Part shown: one piece after another, positions 18,865 through 30,685 of the stretch | Layout of the letters: the number at the start of each line of letters is the position of its first letter | Position numbering within the stretch: the stretch's first letter is position 1 | Source: Patescibacteria group bacterium | GTDB taxonomy: Bacteria; Patescibacteriota; Patescibacteriia; JBHPGJ01 | Assembly (NCBI GenBank): GCA_042570545.1 | Contig: JBHPGJ010000005.1 | Span: 5,529-69,528, forward strand | DNA: 64,000 bases | Direction: 5' to 3' | The notes under the pieces: model-generated | Database searches by the model: none | Seen by the model: only the letters and a program-made list of their open reading frames with translations | What the model was told of the DNA's origin: nothing | Translations under genes and position numbers: made by a program

Positions 18865-20173
18865 AATAAAAAAAAGTTCAAAGAAGAAATACTATCGCTC
18901 TCGCGGCACTATTGCCGTAATTGGCCTGGGCTACGTTGGTCTGCCTCTGGCGTGCATAGCTGCGGAAAAAGGTTATAAAGTAATAGGCGTTGCTAAAAAT
19001 AAAGCGAAGATTGAACTGATAAATAATGGCCAAAGCCCTATAGCCGATCGTCAATTAAAATCTTGGCTGAAAAATGTTAGTATTAATGCCTCTAGTGATT
19101 ATAACCTTGTCCAGAAAGCCAAAATAATTATAGTAAGTGTTCCAACGCCGGTAGATGAATTTTATAATCCTGATTTGCGTCCTTTAAAATCAGCTTGCGA
19201 ATCAATAAGAAAAAATCTTAAAAAAGGACAGTTAGTAGTAATTGAATCGACGGTAAATCCTGGTATTTGCGAAGAAGTTGTGAAGCCGATTTTAGAGAAA
19301 TCGAAATTAGTTGCTGGTCGTGATTTTTATCTATCACATTGTCCAGAACGGATAAACCCGGGAGATAAAAGATGGAATGTTAAAAACATTCCCCGAGTTG
19401 TTGGTGCGCTAACAAAAAAAGGTTTGAAAAAAACTATTAATTTTTATAATAATATTATTGAAGCACCACTTAAACCGATGAAAGGTCTGAAAGAAGCCGA
19501 GGCAACCAAAATAATTGAAAATTCTTTTCGTGATGTAAACATTGCTTTTGTTAATGAAATGGCAAAATCATTTGACCGACTTGGTATTGATGTATTGGAT
19601 GTAATTGAAGGAGCCAGTACTAAACCATTTGCCTTCATACCTCATTACCCTTCATGTGGAGTGGGCGGTCATTGTATACCCGTAGATCCACATTATTTGA
19701 TAAAGAGAGCAAAACGCTCAGGTTTTGACCACGAATTTCTAAAACTTGCTCGCTCGATCAATAATAGCATGCCCGAATATACAGTTGATTTATTGGCCAA
19801 TGCTCTAAATAGTATCAAACATACAGTACAAGGCGCTAGGGTGGGATTACTGGGCGTTGCCTATAAAGCTAATGTTGCTGATGTTAGGGAAAGCCCGGCC
19901 TTTGAAATTCAAAAATTATTACTTGAACTTGGAGCTCGTTTATTTATTTATGATCCATATGTGGAACAATATAATAATACCAAAAGCTTAAATGAACTAT
20001 TGCTTAAATCAGAGTGCCTAATTTTAATAACTAATCATAATTTATTCATCACTAAGTTAACTCCTAAATTATTGAAAGATTCTAATATTAGTGTCATAAT
20101 CGACGGGAAAAATGCTTTGGACAAAAAAGCAATTAAAGCAAAGGGCATAGTATATAAAGGCATTGGAAGATAA
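18857..20173 (+). CDS. UDP-N-acetylhexosamine 6-dehydrogenase (WbpA/WecC-like)
   Basis: GLGYVGLP, ESTV.PG, PERINPG, ENSFRDVNIA, GVGGHCIPVDP, DVRESP; start taken at the ATG at 18857. Confidence 0.9.
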   Translation: MSRIKKSSKKKYYRSRGTIAVIGLGYVGLPLACIAAEKGYKVIGVAKNKAKIELINNGQSPIADRQLKSWLKNVSINASSDYNLVQKAKIIIVSVPTPVDEFYNPDLRPLKSACESIRKNLKKGQLVVIESTVNPGICEEVVKPILEKSKLVAGRDFYLSHCPERINPGDKRWNVKNIPRVVGALTKKGLKKTINFYNNIIEAPLKPMKGLKEAEATKIIENSFRDVNIAFVNEMAKSFDRLGIDVLDVIEGASTKPFAFIPHYPSCGVGGHCIPVDPHYLIKRAKRSGFDHEFLKLARSINNSMPEYTVDLLANALNSIKHTVQGARVGLLGVAYKANVADVRESPAFEIQKLLLELGARLFIYDPYVEQYNNTKSLNELLLKSECLILITNHNLFITKLTPKLLKDSNISVIIDGKNALDKKAIKAKGIVYKGIGR

Positions 20174-20174
20174 A

Positions 20175-21494
20175 ATGGCTAGTATAAAGGGTAAAAATAT
20201 GAATATTACCGTTATCGGCGTTGGTTATGTCGGTTTGGTATCGGGTACTTGCTTGGCTGAATTGGGTCATATTGTGACCTGTGTTAACAGAACTCCTGAT
20301 AAAATTATCCAGTTAAAAAAAGGTAAAATTCCAATTTACGAGCCGGGCTTAGAAAAGTTGGTCAAGAGTAATATGAAAGCTGGTCGACTGAAATTTACCA
20401 CTGATTTTGATGAGGGTTTAAAAAAAGCTAAAGTAATATTTATCTGTGTTGGCACGCCGTCTTTGGCCGATGGTCGAGCCGATATTACTCAGGTTAAAAA
20501 AGCAGCTAAAGAGATCGGAAAAAGATTAAAATCATACACTGTAATTGTAAATAAAAGCACCGTACCCATAGGCACTGCAGAGGTAGTTAAAAATATTGTA
20601 AAAAGACAAACTAGAAAACAGTTTTCTATAGTTTCATGTCCCGAGTTTCTCCGGGAAGGTTTTGCGGTTAAGGACTTTTTTTATGGCGACAGAATAATTA
20701 TCGGAAGCGATAGTAGCCGGGCAACTAAACTGATGTTGAATTTGTTTGCCAAATTAAAAATGGCAAAAATAGTAACCTCAATCCCCAGTGCCGAGATGAT
20801 AAAATATGCTTCTAATGCCTTCCTGGCGACAAAAATCTCGTTTATTAATGAAATTGCTAATATTAGTGAGCTCGTAAATGCCGATGTTAATGAGGTGGCC
20901 AAGGGCATGGGTCTTGATAAAAGAATAGGTGATAAATTTCTAAAAGCTGGAATTGGCTATGGCGGAAGTTGCTTCCCCAAGGATGTAAGGGCGCTCGAAA
21001 ATATCGCCCTTAACACCGGTTATGATTTTAAATTATTAAAGGCGGTGATTGATGTTAATAATTTTCAGCGTCAAGTGCCAGTAAAGAAATTATTGGCTCA
21101 TTTAAAAACATTTAACGGTCTAGGCAAAACCATTACAGTGCTGGGCTTAGCTTTCAAAAACAATACTGATGATGTCAGAGAATCATCAGCTATAAATATT
21201 ATTCAAAATTTGCTCTCCCGCGGGGCTAATGTCAATGCTTACGATCCCATTGCCGAGAAAAACGCTTCAAGAATTTTAGGTGAAGAGGTAAAGTACTTTA
21301 ATGATCCCTACGAAGCGGCTCGAGATGCCCAAGCACTGATGATAGCTACCGAATGGGAAGAATTTCGTCTTTTAGATTGGAAAAAAATTAAAAGATTAAT
21401 GAAGAAGCCGATATTAATAGATGGTAAGAATTTATTAGACAAAGATAAAATGAATAAAATTGGTTTTATATATGAAGCCATAGGCCGCCCATGA
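20175..21494 (+). CDS. ugd: UDP-glucose 6-dehydrogenase
   Basis: GVGYVGLV, KSTVP, PEFLREG, KYASNAFLA.KISFINE, GYGGSCFPKD; start uncertain (20175 or 20199). Confidence 0.92.
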   Translation: MASIKGKNMNITVIGVGYVGLVSGTCLAELGHIVTCVNRTPDKIIQLKKGKIPIYEPGLEKLVKSNMKAGRLKFTTDFDEGLKKAKVIFICVGTPSLADGRADITQVKKAAKEIGKRLKSYTVIVNKSTVPIGTAEVVKNIVKRQTRKQFSIVSCPEFLREGFAVKDFFYGDRIIIGSDSSRATKLMLNLFAKLKMAKIVTSIPSAEMIKYASNAFLATKISFINEIANISELVNADVNEVAKGMGLDKRIGDKFLKAGIGYGGSCFPKDVRALENIALNTGYDFKLLKAVIDVNNFQRQVPVKKLLAHLKTFNGLGKTITVLGLAFKNNTDDVRESSAINIIQNLLSRGANVNAYDPIAEKNASRILGEEVKYFNDPYEAARDAQALMIATEWEEFRLLDWKKIKRLMKKPILIDGKNLLDKDKMNKIGFIYEAIGRP

Positions 21495-22453
21495 AATTAG
21501 TAGTTACCATACCAGCCTATAACGAGGAGGCGACTATAGCTGAGGTCATAAAAGAAATCCCTAGAAATATACCAAGCATAAACAGTGTTAAAGTTTTGGT
21601 CATTGATGATGGCTCCAGAGATCGAACGGTAGAAGTTGCCAGATCAGCCGGTGCCGATAGAGTAATTTCACACCCGGCTAATAAAGGCCTGGCAAAAACA
21701 TTTAAAGATGGCATCGAGCAAGCGTTAAAAATGGATGCCGATATAATAGTAAATACCGATGCTGACAATCATTATGATCAATCTCGTATCCCCGATCTTG
21801 TCAATCCAATAGTCCGGAAAAAAGCCGATGTAGTAATTGGTTCACGCAAAATCAAAGAATTAGAAGATATGCCATTAGCTAATAAACAGGGGAATCGTTT
21901 AGGCAGTTATATCACCAGCAAATTAGCCGGTTTGTCGGAGGTGGTGGATGTTTCGACGGGTTTTCGAGCCTATAATCGAGAAGCAGCCCTCAGAATAAAT
22001 GTATACTCAGATCATACTTATACCCATTCAACCCTAATCTCAGCAGCTGATCAGCGTTTGAAAATAGTTGAAGTACCAATTAGGGCCCGTAAGGTGACTC
22101 GTAAATCACGGCTGATTCCCAATGTAGGACACTTCATATTTTACGCCGGTACAAATATATTGAGAAATATTATATTATTCAAACCATTACGTTTTTTCGG
22201 TTTACTGGGTGGATTATTGTCCTTAGTAGGATCCATTTTTATTATTCGTTTCTTATATTATTACTTTTCCGACGGCGGGCAGGGTCATGTCCAGTCATTA
22301 ATTATCGCAGCTGTTTTGATTATTGTTGGATTTCAAGTAATAATTTTAGGCTTTATTGCCTCCGCTATTGGTTGGAGTCGGAAGTTGTTAGAAGAAATAT
22401 TATATCGGATTAAAAAGGAACAATTAAATTCTAATCACGATGACGAACAATAA
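21491..22453 (+). CDS. GT2 DPM1-like polyprenyl-phosphate glycosyltransferase with two C-terminal TMs
   Basis: IPAYNEE, IDDGS.D.T, DADNHY, GSR, STGFRAY, KPLRFF. Confidence 0.88.
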   Translation: MKLVVTIPAYNEEATIAEVIKEIPRNIPSINSVKVLVIDDGSRDRTVEVARSAGADRVISHPANKGLAKTFKDGIEQALKMDADIIVNTDADNHYDQSRIPDLVNPIVRKKADVVIGSRKIKELEDMPLANKQGNRLGSYITSKLAGLSEVVDVSTGFRAYNREAALRINVYSDHTYTHSTLISAADQRLKIVEVPIRARKVTRKSRLIPNVGHFIFYAGTNILRNIILFKPLRFFGLLGGLLSLVGSIFIIRFLYYYFSDGGQGHVQSLIIAAVLIIVGFQVIILGFIASAIGWSRKLLEEILYRIKKEQLNSNHDDEQ

Positions 22454-23420
22454 AAAAGCTTTAATTACTGGTATTACCGGCCAAGATGGTTCGTATCTGG
22501 CTGATTTTCTTATATCAAAAAATTATGATGTCTATGGAGTTGTCCGTCGTTCTAGCACCGAGAGCTTCGAAAGAATTCAGCATTTAAAAAATAAAATTAA
22601 GCTCGAACAGGGTGATTTAACTGATTTATCCTCTTTGATAAAAGTAGTAAATAAAGTGCAACCTGATGAAGTATATAATTTAGGAGCGCAAAGTTTTGTT
22701 CCTACTTCGTGGAATCAAGCAATATTAACCGGCACCGTAACGGCTCTGGGGGTAACTAATATATTGGAGGCCCTGAGATTATTACCAAAACAGATTAGAT
22801 TTTATCAAGCATCCTCAAGCGAAATGTTCGGTCGAGTGCGAGAAACTCCACAAAACGAAAAGACACCGTTTTATCCTCGTAGTCCATATGGCGTAGCTAA
22901 GGTATATGGACACTTTATAACCATTAATTACCGTGAAAGTTATGATATGTTTGCGGTATCAGGAATACTATTTAATCATGAATCACCACGACGAGGATTG
23001 GAATTTGTAACTCGCAAGGTAACCGACGGGGTAGCAAAAATAAAGCTCGGTTTGGCGAAAAGTATACATTTAGGTAATTTAGAGGCTAAAAGAGATTGGG
23101 GTTATGCCGAAGATTATGTTGAGGCGATGTGGTTAATGTTGCAGCATGACAAACCGGAAGATTTTATTATTGCCACCGGTAAATCACACTCGGTAAAAGA
23201 ATTGGCAGAAACCGCTTTTGAACACGTTGGTTTGGATTACAAAAACTTTGTAAAAATAGATGATTCTTTGAAGCGACCGGCCGAGGTTGACACATTGGTT
23301 GGTGATTCAACCAAGGCTAAGAAGTTATTAGGCTGGCAGCCAAAAGTATCTTTTGCCGAATTGATCAAGATGATGGTTGATGCTGATCTTGAACGATTAA
23401 ATAAAAAAATGCGCCAATGA
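22440..23420 (+). CDS. gmd: GDP-mannose 4,6-dehydratase
   Basis: [46 protein letters not shown]. Confidence 0.96.
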   Translation: MTNNKKALITGITGQDGSYLADFLISKNYDVYGVVRRSSTESFERIQHLKNKIKLEQGDLTDLSSLIKVVNKVQPDEVYNLGAQSFVPTSWNQAILTGTVTALGVTNILEALRLLPKQIRFYQASSSEMFGRVRETPQNEKTPFYPRSPYGVAKVYGHFITINYRESYDMFAVSGILFNHESPRRGLEFVTRKVTDGVAKIKLGLAKSIHLGNLEAKRDWGYAEDYVEAMWLMLQHDKPEDFIIATGKSHSVKELAETAFEHVGLDYKNFVKIDDSLKRPAEVDTLVGDSTKAKKLLGWQPKVSFAELIKMMVDADLERLNKKMRQ

Positions 23421-24319
23421 GAATCCTGGTAACTGGGATTAGTGGTTTTGTCGGCCCGTATTTAAAAAAGGCCTTAGAACAAAAGAATAATACAGTAATC
23501 GGCTTAGATAGGCAGGGGAACGGCAAAGACGTCTATAAAGTAGATATTCTCGACAGCAAGACGCTCAATAAAATATTTATCAAATTACAACCAGAAGCTA
23601 TCATACATTTAGCTGGTTTTAGTTCGGTTAAGGAAAGCTGGGAAAAGCCGGAATTAACAAAAGCGATAAACGTAGATGGAACCAAAAACATTCTATCAGC
23701 AGCTGAGAAATTAAAACATCAGCCAAAACTATTGATAATCGGTTCAGCCGAAATTTATGGTACACCAGAATATACTCCAATTGATGAAAAACATCCACCG
23801 CATCCGCAAAGTCCTTACGCTGAATCAAGATTTGAACAGGAAAAGATCTCATTGTCTTCAAGTTTGCCAGTCATTATTGCTCGAAGCTTTAATCACACTG
23901 GACCCGGTCAAATGGACAAGGCAGCCTTGCCGTCATTTGCTAAAAAAATTGTTAATATCGAACTCGGCCATGATTCTTCACCCATGCTGGTAGGTAATGT
24001 CAGTGTTCAGCGGGATTTTACTGACGTGAGAGATGTTGTTGAGGCATATTATTTACTGCTTCAGCATGGCCAAACAGGCGAAGTGTATAATGTTTGTTCT
24101 GGTCGATCTTATGAATTAAAATCATTATTGGAATATCTAATAACACAATCGACGACTAAAATTGATTATAAAATTGACGAAAAATTATCACGTCCCAATG
24201 ATATTCCAGTTTTAAAAGGTGACTATACAAAAATCAATAATCTTTGTGGCTGGGAACCAAAAATCAAAATAAATAAGACATTAGACGATATTCTTAATTA
24301 TTGGCGGTCCCATGAGTGA
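23417..24319 (+). CDS. GDP-4-keto-6-deoxymannose reductase (Rmd)-like SDR
   Basis: [42 protein letters not shown]; directly follows gmd. Confidence 0.8.
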   Translation: MRILVTGISGFVGPYLKKALEQKNNTVIGLDRQGNGKDVYKVDILDSKTLNKIFIKLQPEAIIHLAGFSSVKESWEKPELTKAINVDGTKNILSAAEKLKHQPKLLIIGSAEIYGTPEYTPIDEKHPPHPQSPYAESRFEQEKISLSSSLPVIIARSFNHTGPGQMDKAALPSFAKKIVNIELGHDSSPMLVGNVSVQRDFTDVRDVVEAYYLLLQHGQTGEVYNVCSGRSYELKSLLEYLITQSTTKIDYKIDEKLSRPNDIPVLKGDYTKINNLCGWEPKIKINKTLDDILNYWRSHE

Positions 24320-25382
24320 TAATGGCGATGATTTAAAGATTTTATTTATTACTCGAAAATATCCTCCACAAATTGGTGGAATGGAAAAGTTAAGTTATCG
24401 TGTAACTCAAGGCGTAAAAGGCCACAATAAAATTATCGCTTTAAAAAAGAGTAAGTGGCATATAATTTGGTTTATGCCCTACGCGTTAATCCGTGGCTTT
24501 ATACAGGCTCCAAATTATTCAGTCGTGCACTTAGGTGATCCAACGCTAGCCTTTATTGGCTGGATGATAAAGAAAATAAGGCATAAACCAGTATCAGTTA
24601 CCGTACACGGCCTGGACATTACTTATAATAATAAACTATACCAATGGTATTTGAGAACATTTGCCGATAACTTAGATCAATATATTTGTATTAGTAAAAA
24701 TACTGAAAAACTGGCCCGCGAAAAAAACTATAAAAATACTATAATTATACCGGTTGGAGTTGACGTTCATTCAATTGAAAAAATTTCTGATAAATTACCC
24801 AGCCTTATTAAAAAAAATATATATAATAAAAAAGTAATATTAACGGTTGGTCGATTGGTAAAAAGAAAAGGAGTGGAGTGGTTTATAAGAAAAATTTTAC
24901 CAGAAATAAAAGAAGACGTTATTTATGTCGTCGTCGGTAAAGGCAAGGAGGCTGACAATATAAACGAATCTATCAAGCAATCTAATCAGGAAAATCGCGT
25001 ATTGATGATAGGCGAGGCAGATAATGACCAATTAGAAGCAATTTATCAAATTGCCGATTTATGTGTTCTGCCAAACATCCCCGTTAAAGGTGACGTGGAA
25101 GGCTTTGGCATGGCCGCTCTGGAGCCAACCATATATGGCAAGTTAGTTGTAGCGGCTGATCTAGAGGGCCTTAAGGATGCAATTACACACATGGAAAATG
25201 GTATATTAATACCAACCCAAAATGCAAATTCGTTTATCGATGTAATAACAAATTATTTAGATAATGATCAGCAACGTAAAGAGTTCGGCAATCAAGCCAG
25301 AAATTATACCATTAACCATTTTAATTGGAATATTATCACAGAGCAATATTTTCAAGCTTTCAAGAAGCTTGGACAAAATTAA
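24312..25382 (+). CDS. GT4 glycosyltransferase
   Basis: YPPQIGGME, VGRLVKRKG, EGFGMAALE. Confidence 0.9.
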   Translation: MSDNGDDLKILFITRKYPPQIGGMEKLSYRVTQGVKGHNKIIALKKSKWHIIWFMPYALIRGFIQAPNYSVVHLGDPTLAFIGWMIKKIRHKPVSVTVHGLDITYNNKLYQWYLRTFADNLDQYICISKNTEKLAREKNYKNTIIIPVGVDVHSIEKISDKLPSLIKKNIYNKKVILTVGRLVKRKGVEWFIRKILPEIKEDVIYVVVGKGKEADNINESIKQSNQENRVLMIGEADNDQLEAIYQIADLCVLPNIPVKGDVEGFGMAALEPTIYGKLVVAADLEGLKDAITHMENGILIPTQNANSFIDVITNYLDNDQQRKEFGNQARNYTINHFNWNIITEQYFQAFKKLGQN

Positions 25383-25384
25383 TT

Positions 25385-26485
25385 ATGAATATCACTCTCA
25401 TTAACGAGTTATACGGCACTACCAGACATGGCGGTGAACAAATAGCATCCCATAACTTATTTATTGGCGCCGGTAAAAATAATTTAGATTTAAATGAATT
25501 TAGTTTGAGTGGTCAGGACAATACAATCAGAATTATCACCCGTCTACCAAAATGGTTATTTATCACACCTTATCTTAGGGAATTAATTGGCTTGCCACTT
25601 TTAGCAAAACAGATCATCAACAAAGCCGAGGAGGCAGATATAATTCATTTAACCAGCCCAACTTTATTCGCTTGCCGGCGGCCAAACAAGCCGTATATTG
25701 TAACTGTTCACGGACTAAAATCAGAGAAAGCACAACGTCTTGGAAAATTAAATATTAGGTATAAACTTTTATTTAACCCATTAGTGATCTGGATGTTAAA
25801 AAAATTAGAACGACGTGGACTAATATCAGCTTCACGAGTAATAGCCTTAACTGAGCGTACTAGGGATTATTTAGTTGATAATCTTGACCTGCCAGCAGAC
25901 AAAATAAAAATAATACCTAATGGGGTTGATATTGATGAATTTCCCTTTAGGGCATTGAGTCAGGGGCCAGTATTATTTGTGGGACGTGCATCGATACCCA
26001 AAGGCATTGATATATTATTTGCAGCGGTTAAAAAATATAAATTTCCATTAGCTATAGTAACCAAAAGACTATCAAAGGTTTTAGAACAAGAAGCTAAAGT
26101 ACTCGGTATCACCGTTTATAAAAACATACCCCATGATCATATTGACGAGATTTACAGTCAGGCGAGCATATTCGTATTACCCAGTCGCGATGAAGAGCAG
26201 CCATTAACAATTTTGGAAGCCATGGCGTCGGGATTGCCAATAATAACTACCAAAATTGGATCGGGCGGGCTTGTTACCGACGGTCAGAATGGCATAATTG
26301 TATCAGCCGATGCTGACCAGGTTGGTCAAGCAATAATTAGGCTAATGAATGATAAAACTTGGCGTGACGACCTGGCCAAAACAAGCCGAACCATAGCCGA
26401 AAAATATACCTGGCAAAAAGTAATCGCTATGTATATCAATATTTATAATGAGGTAGTATCTACCAAAGGCTCAACTAGCTCATAA
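25385..26485 (+). CDS. GT4 glycosyltransferase
   Basis: HGGEQ, IPNGVD, FVGR....KG, PSRDE.QPL.ILEAMASG; start taken at the ATG at 25385. Confidence 0.88.
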   Translation: MNITLINELYGTTRHGGEQIASHNLFIGAGKNNLDLNEFSLSGQDNTIRIITRLPKWLFITPYLRELIGLPLLAKQIINKAEEADIIHLTSPTLFACRRPNKPYIVTVHGLKSEKAQRLGKLNIRYKLLFNPLVIWMLKKLERRGLISASRVIALTERTRDYLVDNLDLPADKIKIIPNGVDIDEFPFRALSQGPVLFVGRASIPKGIDILFAAVKKYKFPLAIVTKRLSKVLEQEAKVLGITVYKNIPHDHIDEIYSQASIFVLPSRDEEQPLTILEAMASGLPIITTKIGSGGLVTDGQNGIIVSADADQVGQAIIRLMNDKTWRDDLAKTSRTIAEKYTWQKVIAMYINIYNEVVSTKGSTSS

Positions 26486-28143
26486 AGTCGAAGAGATAAA
26501 CCATCGGGCCGGGTTACTTTGTATAACTTATTGAAGTACTTTTGACCTTCTGGGGTATCAATGATATTACTTAAGCCATTTATGGGTATTGAGTCATAGA
26601 GACCCTGTCTAGCGGTCTGACGCTCATCAATTAGAAGATAGTTTATTGGGTATTGTTTAATTAGATTGTAGGCCTGATTTGCGTTATTGGTGGCAAATAT
26701 TTCCGGTATATCAGCTCCGCCACCGTTAGAAATCCAAAAACGTCGGTATCTTGCATAATCAACAAAATTGGTTGAAGCTGTCATTACAATGGTGTCGTTG
26801 GGTAAATTATTACTCACATATTCACCTAGGTGGCGATAAACTTCGAGCGATTCAGAGTCTTGGCGCCCTGAATTTGCGTAAAAAGGTTGATGAAATTGTG
26901 TAATAAAAGTGTGGGTAAAAATGAAAATAATTAATAATATTACGCTTAAATTTATAATTTGTGGTTTTCTTAACTTAGTTAATATTATTAATAAATATAT
27001 AATCCCTGATGTTAATATCATAATTAACAATGAAACACCGAAAATATGATACTGCCAAATAGCAGTATCGGTGAAGTAGGTGAACAGAATTTCGCCAGTT
27101 AGCATCACCAAGACAATAATACCTAGCTTTATATTTTTACGGCTAATATAATAAAATCCTAATAATATCAATACCAATATTATCAACGATCCGATTAAAT
27201 TCCACTCATCTAGGGGGAGGGTATTGTCAAAAGTAAAGGGAAATGACAGGTAGGCCAGCATTACGCTCGTCAATGAGGGATATGAACGTAAGTAACCTAA
27301 TCTGGAAGATTGTATATCTCTGGCCTCTTCATCAGCTGGATATTTGTTATTGGTAATATTTTGGTAATAGGGAATTTTATCAAGTACACCCGAAGTGCCC
27401 GAGCCCGGGACATAACCAATTGTACCATTACGATTAAGATGCTCGAGCTGAAAGGGTAGAGTTATTACCATCATTAAAATTAGTAATACTATACTCTGAC
27501 GCCAAAAATTATCTTTATTTCTAATATACTTGATAAGCCCAAACATAATTATGATTATTAATAACAAGGGCAGTATCAATAATCCTTGCTGTTTTAAGCT
27601 CATGGCCAAGCCACCGGATAAGGCTGTCAGGAAAATGTATAACCACTTACCGCTTCTAGTCCACTGGATAAAAAAATAAATTGTTGCCAACATCGCAGTA
27701 AGAAGCGGTTGTTCTATTATTGGGCTCATTATGAATCTCTTTAAATTAAAAATTACAGCCAATACAGCCGCCAAGGCTGCCAGTCGCCGATCAATTGGCT
27801 TAAGTATTAAAAAGATCAATAAGGCTGACAGAGAAGCAAATAGCAATGATGATGCTTGTAGCAGTATGTCACCACCCAGCCATAATATACCGGCGTATAG
27901 CAAATAAGCAGCTTCTGGGTAATTTATTGGTGCGTTAATAGCTTGATCGTTAGCATCAAATTTTAAGGCGATATAAGGATTATCTGGCAATGGCCAGCCT
28001 TGATCCAGGATTGTTTCGGTAACAATTTTATGATATTGGGCATCGCCATAAATATTTGTAGAAAAGGTGTAAATGCCGATCAATAACAATACAACCGCGA
28101 TCACCACCGAGCCGATAATTAGATCTAACCTTTTCTCATTCAT
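26443..28143 (-). CDS. GT-C-fold (ArnT/PMT-like) membrane glycosyltransferase
   Basis: Acidic residue after TM1 (YGDAQYH), YP loop, many TMs including LKQQG, C-terminal extracytoplasmic domain. Confidence 0.65.
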   Translation of the reverse strand: MNEKRLDLIIGSVVIAVVLLLIGIYTFSTNIYGDAQYHKIVTETILDQGWPLPDNPYIALKFDANDQAINAPINYPEAAYLLYAGILWLGGDILLQASSLLFASLSALLIFLILKPIDRRLAALAAVLAVIFNLKRFIMSPIIEQPLLTAMLATIYFFIQWTRSGKWLYIFLTALSGGLAMSLKQQGLLILPLLLIIIIMFGLIKYIRNKDNFWRQSIVLLILMMVITLPFQLEHLNRNGTIGYVPGSGTSGVLDKIPYYQNITNNKYPADEEARDIQSSRLGYLRSYPSLTSVMLAYLSFPFTFDNTLPLDEWNLIGSLIILVLILLGFYYISRKNIKLGIIVLVMLTGEILFTYFTDTAIWQYHIFGVSLLIMILTSGIIYLLIILTKLRKPQIINLSVILLIIFIFTHTFITQFHQPFYANSGRQDSESLEVYRHLGEYVSNNLPNDTIVMTASTNFVDYARYRRFWISNGGGADIPEIFATNNANQAYNLIKQYPINYLLIDERQTARQGLYDSIPINGLSNIIDTPEGQKYFNKLYKVTRPDGLSLRLYELVEPLVDTTSL

Positions 28144-29597
28144 ACTGTTGTATCTTCGTGATTGGGTTTAGATCGCCACACTAACAACGATTTAATATCT
28201 GATAATGCAAGTTCTTTGGTTATATGAAGTACTAAGAAAAATACTATTGGCAGCAATATATATGAACTAATCGAACCAGTAATCGTGTTGGGGAACAAAT
28301 AGCTCAGTAAAACAATAGTAGCACCGGCAAATAATATTTTAAGGACTGAAGACATTGGAATAAATGACCGGTGTTTGGCATATACAATAATACTAGTAAT
28401 AACAAAGCCTAGTAGAGCCATTAAACCCGAAGCTAATGCCGCACCGGCTAATCCATATTTTGGTATTAGGAGTATATTAGCCACTATATCAACAATCAAT
28501 AAAGATAAAACGTAATAAATAATACTTACTGGACGCCGGCCACCAATTATAATAGTGGTGGTTAACTTAAATAGTGTTAGAAAAAACATGCCCGCTGCTA
28601 AAATTGTTAACGGCCAGGCAGCCGGGCTAAAAGCATCAGTATATAATATATTTATTAAATTATCAGCCGTGGTCATTATTAATATTGTCAGTGGTAGGAT
28701 AATAATTATGCCAATTCTTAAGGTCTGTCTTATATAATACGATATTTTTTCATAATTCTGTTGCGCGATAGCAGCCGATATAGACGGTAACAACACTACC
28801 GCTAATGAAGTAAAAAGAAAAAAGGGCAATCTAGCAATGGTCGAGGCGGCAGTATAATAACCGGCTGCTTCTGTGTCTGCCATTAGTATTTTGACCATAA
28901 AGAGATCAATATTAAAAATAAGGGGAAACATAATCAGATAGGCAATTAGAGGTAAGGTGGTAACAATAAGTTTTTTAGCTGGAAATATTTCATCTCCTTC
29001 TGGTCGCCGCTCCATTAAGTACCAGGCAAAAATTAAACCACCCAATCCACCCGCTAGATAGGCAAATAAAACTCCAGCGATTCCTAAGCCTATCCACAAA
29101 ACTGTTATGACGCCAATAATTTTTACCGTTGCCCCGGCGATCATTGAAACAGCTTGTTTTCCAAATTGTTGTTGACCATTAAGAAAACTTTGGTATAAAG
29201 ATCTAAAACCGTATATCGGAGCGATTAGAGCCAAGATACGAATAAAATTTGTAATATCGGGTTCGTTAAATAATTTAGCCAGCGGATTAGCGAGAATAAT
29301 AAACAATCCAGCAAATATTATGGCTAAACTTAACTGAATTCGTTTAGAAATTTTAATAATACTTTTCGTCGCCGCGGGTTTTTCAGCAATATATTTTGAT
29401 GTAGCTAGGAACAAGCCGGATCCAAAAAAATATTCCGTCAAACTGAGTGTATATATAACTACTCCCAATACTCCATATTCGGCCGGACCAAGAAATCGTC
29501 CAAGCAATACTTGTATAATATAACTTGATCCGAGAAAAATGGCGTTAGCTATGGTGAGATATAATGCGCCCCTTTTAAAAGCCTGGCTCATAACCAT
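28140..29597 (-). CDS. Wzx/MATE-superfamily oligosaccharide flippase
   Basis: LGPAEYG, NIDLFMV, AGYYTAA, LIPKYGLAGAALA; about 14 TMs. Confidence 0.9.
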   Translation of the reverse strand: MVMSQAFKRGALYLTIANAIFLGSSYIIQVLLGRFLGPAEYGVLGVVIYTLSLTEYFFGSGLFLATSKYIAEKPAATKSIIKISKRIQLSLAIIFAGLFIILANPLAKLFNEPDITNFIRILALIAPIYGFRSLYQSFLNGQQQFGKQAVSMIAGATVKIIGVITVLWIGLGIAGVLFAYLAGGLGGLIFAWYLMERRPEGDEIFPAKKLIVTTLPLIAYLIMFPLIFNIDLFMVKILMADTEAAGYYTAASTIARLPFFLFTSLAVVLLPSISAAIAQQNYEKISYYIRQTLRIGIIIILPLTILIMTTADNLINILYTDAFSPAAWPLTILAAGMFFLTLFKLTTTIIIGGRRPVSIIYYVLSLLIVDIVANILLIPKYGLAGAALASGLMALLGFVITSIIVYAKHRSFIPMSSVLKILFAGATIVLLSYLFPNTITGSISSYILLPIVFFLVLHITKELALSDIKSLLVWRSKPNHEDTTV

Positions 29598-30684
29598 TTG
29601 TAATTAGGTCATATATTGAGCTGACAGTATTATTCATCTGACCATGTTCGGGTAAATGTATTATTTTGGGCGGATGTTTTTCAGCTATGGATTGTAGTAG
29701 TATTTTTTGCTGGTTAGCTAGTTTGTTAAGTTTACGACTGACAATAATGGGATTGACGAATTGACTCATACGATACCATGACAAGAAATCCCGACGCTCG
29801 TATTCTAAGCATAAGCTCATAACTTGAGCATATGTCTCAGCCGGCATATCTTCATATTTAAATTCTTCAGTATTGATTCTGGCAATGAGAAAAAGGTCAG
29901 TTAATTTTGTCTCACCGACTATTTGGTTGACCGGAAAAGCTTGACGCAATGGTATTCTTACATGACCCTTAGCATCAAGTACTTGTTTTACCTCGCGAGC
30001 ATAATGGGCAATAGTGTTATTACCCTTGGCAAAAGGTGACATGGTTTTTAGAACTAAACTGTTTAAAGCAAATAATGCACGTAATTTTTTTGGTGCCTTT
30101 TTTTTCAGCTCGGGATAATGTTTAAAATTGTAATTGAATAAATTTAACGATTTTGGATAAGCATAGATATTATCCTCATCAATTATTGTCCAATCATCAG
30201 CCAAATAGCCCGCTCCACGCTTTAACATGCCCAAGACCAAGTTACTCTTTCCGGTATGGGCCCAGGCACTAAAGACGACGCCGTGCTGGTTTAGTTTTAC
30301 CGCCGAGGCATGAATGAAAAGTGCTTTCTTAAAAGTTATATAAAATTGCATCAATGGCTCAAGCACCTGAATAAAAAACAGCGGATCAATAGAATGATCG
30401 ACCTGTAATGTTATTTTATCCTTATCGAGATCGTTAAAGGACATTTTTATAAAAGATGAAGCGCTATCCTTTATATAAGTATGTTTGTCTTTAACAGCAA
30501 TAGCAGAACTAATCAAAGTGGCAGTGGGGGGGATTATTAGGCGGGTAAATTCAATATTAATATCAGCTTTATTTTCTGGGTTATGCTCGATCATCAGTGG
30601 TAACTCAGCGGTAAACCAATCACTGACTTTAGTTGGCGGATTTCTCAGTTCAACTCTAATTTTATTATAAATATTAATAATCAT
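29575..30684 (-). CDS. HprK-related P-loop kinase
   Basis: IHASAV...GVVF-AWAHTGKS...GYLADDW, the HPr-kinase-like signature arrangement. Confidence 0.72.
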   Translation of the reverse strand: MIINIYNKIRVELRNPPTKVSDWFTAELPLMIEHNPENKADINIEFTRLIIPPTATLISSAIAVKDKHTYIKDSASSFIKMSFNDLDKDKITLQVDHSIDPLFFIQVLEPLMQFYITFKKALFIHASAVKLNQHGVVFSAWAHTGKSNLVLGMLKRGAGYLADDWTIIDEDNIYAYPKSLNLFNYNFKHYPELKKKAPKKLRALFALNSLVLKTMSPFAKGNNTIAHYAREVKQVLDAKGHVRIPLRQAFPVNQIVGETKLTDLFLIARINTEEFKYEDMPAETYAQVMSLCLEYERRDFLSWYRMSQFVNPIIVSRKLNKLANQQKILLQSIAEKHPPKIIHLPEHGQMNNTVSSIYDLITNGYEPGF

Positions 30685-30685
30685 T

